From Erysipelotrichales bacterium (GTDB lineage: Bacteria; Bacillota_I; Bacilli_A; RFN20; CAG-826), in contig JAFLVA010000004.1 of the NCBI GenBank assembly GCA_022508525.1, positions 26,025-90,024 on the forward strand: 64,000 nt of DNA. The letters run 5' to 3'. The notes beneath the pieces are model-generated. The model was not told the DNA's origin, searched no databases, and worked only from the letters and a program-made list of their open reading frames with translations. The position numbers and the translations under genes are program-made. Positions 60,512-64,000 of the stretch are shown here, one piece after another (the stretch's first letter is position 1; the number at the start of each line of letters is the position of its first letter).

Positions 60512-61378
60512 ATGAAAAACATATTTAAATTAAGTTTAACAGCACTTAGCTTATTTCTAGTAGTGTCTTGCACTACCAATCCTGCTAGCGAATCAAACAA
60601 TCCTTCTATTAGTGATGAACCTTCTATTAGTGAAGATAATTCAACATCAATTGAGCCAGTAAAGCCAGTTAGCAAATGGGGAGAACAATATAGTGATTTA
60701 ATTATCGGAACTCTTGGCGAAGATATTCCATATATTGAATGTCCAAGTTTCGATATAGAATTATCTTATGACGACTATGGTGATCCTATGGTTGTCTTCT
60801 ATCTCTATTTCAAAGAAGCTGATTTCGAAGCCAAATTGGATGAATATGGTGGAATTGCAGATGCTGAAGGATATCTAGTATCATTAGAAACTGTCTCATA
60901 TTGGGATCCTAACTACGGACGTATAAGTTATGATGTATATTTTGCTGATAAAGAAATTTCTAGTTCACGTGGGATTGAGATGCAAATACTAATTGGCTCT
61001 CATAATTATCGTGATTGTATTGGTATATTTGCTTATAATTATGTTGTAGACAATCCAAATTATTGGCCAACTAACCTTGTTGAATCATTACTCGGTTATG
61101 ACGTACCTCATCTTGAAGATACTGGCGAATATGAGTATTATGCAAAAATAAATCCAGAAGGATATATTGATATGATTATATACAATGTTTCTTCTACTGC
61201 TGATGATGATTATTGTGCACTTCTTGAGGCATATGATTATCTAGTCACAGATGAAATGTATGATGAAGATACTGGCGAGTATATGGGAAGATTCGCATAT
61301 TCTCCAGATGGCGATGTATGCATACAATTCGGATTATCTCAATACGGATTAGAAATTTACATTTACAAACTTTCTTAA
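60512..61378 (+). CDS. Hypothetical Tyr/Asp-rich lipoprotein (family member 3)
   Basis: Lipobox LVVSCTT; Ser-rich linker; DFEAKLDEYGG and YxY-rich segments paralogous to 56035. Confidence 0.55.
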   Translation: MKNIFKLSLTALSLFLVVSCTTNPASESNNPSISDEPSISEDNSTSIEPVKPVSKWGEQYSDLIIGTLGEDIPYIECPSFDIELSYDDYGDPMVVFYLYFKEADFEAKLDEYGGIADAEGYLVSLETVSYWDPNYGRISYDVYFADKEISSSRGIEMQILIGSHNYRDCIGIFAYNYVVDNPNYWPTNLVESLLGYDVPHLEDTGEYEYYAKINPEGYIDMIIYNVSSTADDDYCALLEAYDYLVTDEMYDEDTGEYMGRFAYSPDGDVCIQFGLSQYGLEIYIYKLS

Positions 61379-61389
61379 TTAAAAAAAAT

Positions 61390-61428
61390 TAAATAGGTCA
61401 TTTATCGTTAATGACCTATTTTTTTTAT
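61390..61428. terminator. Rho-independent terminator (bidirectional)
   Basis: 11-bp stem AATAGGTCATT/AATGACCTATT (61392-61402/61410-61420), T8 run; A-run upstream. Confidence 0.6.
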
Positions 61429-61432
61429 TGAC

Positions 61433-61468
61433 AAATAAAAGGATGCACAAGAATAATTTTGTACATCC
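61433..61468 (-). terminator. Putative terminator of minus-strand lipoprotein gene
   Basis: Stem GGATGCAC/GTACATCC (7 of 8 pairs), 12-nt loop, minus-strand T-run. Confidence 0.35.
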
Positions 61469-61520
61469 AATATCAAATATAATAAATTAATTTATTGATG
61501 AATTAGTTAATCTTTAATTA

Positions 61521-62063
61521 CTATTTATATAGAGCTTTTTCAATTTCAACATAGCTATAAAAATAGAAATGATCTATGTCGTTGATTACGCCAGCTTCAT
61601 CTTCAACAGAAAATTGCACATAACTACTATTATTAATCCAAATATTAATGACAACTTCAGGGTTTTCATTATATTTAAAGAAATAATCAGAGTTTTCTAT
61701 AATAGAATTATCCTCATCATACGTAAAATATAATTCCATTTCGCCATTTTCATCTTTAAAGACTGCGGAACCATCTTTAAATACTTCAAATGTAAACTCA
61801 GTAAATGAATACAAATCATCATAACCAATCCATAGGCCAACAATCTCATTAGGCAACTTGCCTTCATCAGGTGGTAATTCTGATGTTGAATCAGAGCTAT
61901 CAGATACAGGTGGTTCAAAAGGATTAAACTCGGAGTTGTTGCTATCTTGAAGAACTCCACCAACAGACATAGAATTAGACATTGAACCTGATCCACCACA
62001 AGAATTAAGGGCAACTAATCCGGCTAATAATATAAACGCAGAAAATATAATATTTTTTTTCAT
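61521..62063 (-). CDS. Hypothetical lipoprotein
   Basis: ATG 62063 (MKKNIIF) after AAGGAA RBS; lipobox ALNSCGG; S/D/P-rich linker; 4-nt overlap with upstream vWA gene. Confidence 0.5.
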   Translation of the reverse strand: MKKNIIFSAFILLAGLVALNSCGGSGSMSNSMSVGGVLQDSNNSEFNPFEPPVSDSSDSTSELPPDEGKLPNEIVGLWIGYDDLYSFTEFTFEVFKDGSAVFKDENGEMELYFTYDEDNSIIENSDYFFKYNENPEVVINIWINNSSYVQFSVEDEAGVINDIDHFYFYSYVEIEKALYK

Positions 62064-62065
62064 AA

Positions 62066-64000
62066 TCAAATTTCCTTTCTTTTTGTTATTTTAAGATCAC
62101 TTAATCGCAATTTACGAATTATTATGTCTATTATAAATAAAACTATAGATGCAAGCAACAAATATGGAGTAATAGTTTCATAATATCGTATATTTGTCTC
62201 TTCTGATATTAAAGAATAATCAAGGACTTCTGAAACTTTTCCGTTTTCTCCTACTATCAATGACAATAGCTGTTCGTTGCCATTTAAGAAATAATCATAT
62301 TCTTTAGAATATGAGAAATCAAAGTATTCTGCGTTACTATAAACATAATCTCCATTATGATAAGTAAGTTCTAATCGATACAATCCAATTTCTTCTGTTA
62401 GAATTGTCAATTGATATGCAGTGTTTTCATTTTTCAAATATTTTGTTATTTGTTTGTTATTTGGAGTAAAGACATTAACTTCCAAATATGCATCTTTATT
62501 TAGAAAATCAAGTGCAATTTTAATATCTGTACTAAAACCATTATTTGAAGTATTTACTTCAAAAAGAGTATCAATTCTTTCTTTCGGTTCTAAATAGTCG
62601 ACAATGTTTTTAAATAAAACTTCTCCGCCAGTAGAATTTTTAAAATTGACTGCCCATGTTGTAGATATATCACTAGTAAATGAAACAACTTTGCCTTTTC
62701 CAAAAGTCCAATACGCCAGCAACGGAACATCCCGCGTTCCACCCAGTTCGTTCGTATAAGTTACAGTATATACTGTATTTGCACTTCCTTTAATTCTAGC
62801 AAAATTATAGCCATTTATATGTGGTAAATCGCCAACATTTTTAACTAATAAATCGTTTTTTCTGTTAAGATGAACCTCAAAATCACCTTCAATTTTAGTT
62901 TCTGTCACAACATCAGCAACAGAAGTTAAAATAACATCAACAATGTCAGAAGCACGATTTATAAAGTAATACGAACCATTTCCAATTTGCGAAAGTGACT
63001 TCATTAGATTTTCACCTTCACGGCAACAAATATTAATAAACGATGTAACAATTTTGTTATTCGACATCTTCGTAACAACACTTCTTAATGATTCCTCGTA
63101 ATTACTTTCTGTTGGTAATCCATCAGATAATAAAATAACATGCTTATTTTCAGAATTGTTGTTTCTAATTTGGTTATATGCTGTATCTAGTCCTTTTGTC
63201 ATGTTTGTCGCATATGACACAGTAATTGAGCGAATATTTTCTATAATCTTTTCACGATCTTTAGCACTTGTTAATGGCTGTAAAACTCTAGTATCTTCTC
63301 CAAATGATATTACTGTAACTGAGTCTTTTTCACCAAGCAAATCCAAACACGCAATTGCACCATCTATAGCCTTGTCTAAACGCTGGTCTGTTTGCATTGA
63401 TGATGATGCGTCAATAACTAATGCCACACATTTTTTGTCACTTGATTCAAATTGAACCGGTAACATATTGTTATACTTAGACATTGTTTGACTACTTGTT
63501 CCACTTGCATATGTTGCACCATATGTAATTAAAGATTTACCATATTTTGAAACAACAATTTCTAAGTTTTGCACAAACTCTTCATGATTATTAAATGAAA
63601 CCACATTAGCGTTTGCTAAGACAATTTCATCATATTTAACCAAATCTTCAATTTTATATGGAACAGGATCATTGTTAAAATAATAATCAAGGATACAGTT
63701 ATCATTATAAAGTGCGCCTGCACTATAGCAATCTGTGCTTCTATTACCGATAATTAAAACTTTAAAATTTTCTGTTATCTTTTGTGTAAAGTATTTTACG
63801 TTATTTTGACTATTAATATCGTTATTTGCTTCAACTTCAACTTTATACATGTGTGTACCAACAATTGAGGTATCTAAGGCAAAATTAACGATATCAATTC
63901 CTTTATTTAAGGTCGCGTTTTTACTATCAATTTTTTCGTTGTTTTTATATAAATTAAGAGTAACATTACTTGTAGTTCCAGTTTGTATAGCAACCTTTAA
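62066..64000 (-). CDS. von Willebrand factor A domain membrane protein, 5-prime partial (runs past window end)
   Basis: vWA MIDAS motif VALVIDASSSM, downstream LLSDGLPT; C-terminal TM LLASIVLFIIDIIIRK. Reading frame stays open from 63850 to 64000 (LKVAIQTGTTSNV...), so the true start is outside the window. Confidence 0.6.
   Translation of the reverse strand, partial: LKVAIQTGTTSNVTLNLYKNNEKIDSKNATLNKGIDIVNFALDTSIVGTHMYKVEVEANNDINSQNNVKYFTQKITENFKVLIIGNRSTDCYSAGALYNDNCILDYYFNNDPVPYKIEDLVKYDEIVLANANVVSFNNHEEFVQNLEIVVSKYGKSLITYGATYASGTSSQTMSKYNNMLPVQFESSDKKCVALVIDASSSMQTDQRLDKAIDGAIACLDLLGEKDSVTVISFGEDTRVLQPLTSAKDREKIIENIRSITVSYATNMTKGLDTAYNQIRNNNSENKHVILLSDGLPTESNYEESLRSVVTKMSNNKIVTSFINICCREGENLMKSLSQIGNGSYYFINRASDIVDVILTSVADVVTETKIEGDFEVHLNRKNDLLVKNVGDLPHINGYNFARIKGSANTVYTVTYTNELGGTRDVPLLAYWTFGKGKVVSFTSDISTTWAVNFKNSTGGEVLFKNIVDYLEPKERIDTLFEVNTSNNGFSTDIKIALDFLNKDAYLEVNVFTPNNKQITKYLKNENTAYQLTILTEEIGLYRLELTYHNGDYVYSNAEYFDFSYSKEYDYFLNGNEQLLSLIVGENGKVSEVLDYSLISEETNIRYYETITPYLLLASIVLFIIDIIIRKLRLSDLKITKRKEI

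Overview
This is a low-GC (about 30%) Firmicutes chromosomal segment using the standard genetic code. Almost everything between about 10.3 kb and 55.3 kb is encoded on the minus strand.

The backbone follows the same gene order as the conserved Bacillus subtilis yqe/yqf region: ispG, yqfT-like, nfo, cshB-like, yqfQ-like, ispH, yqfO, trmK, sigA, dnaG, glyQS, recO, era, cdd, ybeY, yqfD, yqfC, rpsU, mtaB, rsmE, dnaJ, dnaK, grpE, hrcA, hemW, lepA, gpr, rpsT. Ahead of it lie a partial yqeG, a sigK-like pro-sigma factor, parC-parE, plsY, yneF and a spoIIIAH-like gene.

Sporulation genes are present (sigK-like, spoIIIAH-like, yqfC, yqfD, gpr), so this is an endospore former. Several genes are missing from their expected positions (phoH, yqfF, dgkA, prmA, spoIIP), which points to a reduced gene set.

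The blocks that break the shared order are the most interesting loci:
- Two tandem lipoprotein serpins (7.6-10.3 kb).
- A C39-like peptidase-membrane protein embedded in the yqfC-yqfD operon where phoH/yqfF would be.
- A deoC, lipoprotein, Sel1 and rpmF block.
- An island with a membrane-anchored subtilisin, two small lipoproteins and a membrane-tethered XRE regulator, sitting between rsmE and dnaJ.
- An unknown 451-aa protein between lepA and hemW.
- A block replacing spoIIP: duplicated small 2-TM proteins, an alpha/beta hydrolase, a PD-(D/E)xK nuclease fused to an XPD/DinG-like Fe-S helicase, and fmt.
- A surface cluster at 56-64 kb: three related lipoproteins, a roughly 1080-aa Big_2 lipoprotein and a vWA membrane protein.

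The regulatory signals read from the sequence are a CIRCE pair with a nested promoter upstream of hrcA, many rho-independent terminators, and several palindromic candidate operators.

I recognised no rRNA, tRNA, CRISPR array or mobile element. All family assignments rest on motifs and gene order read by eye, with no database search.
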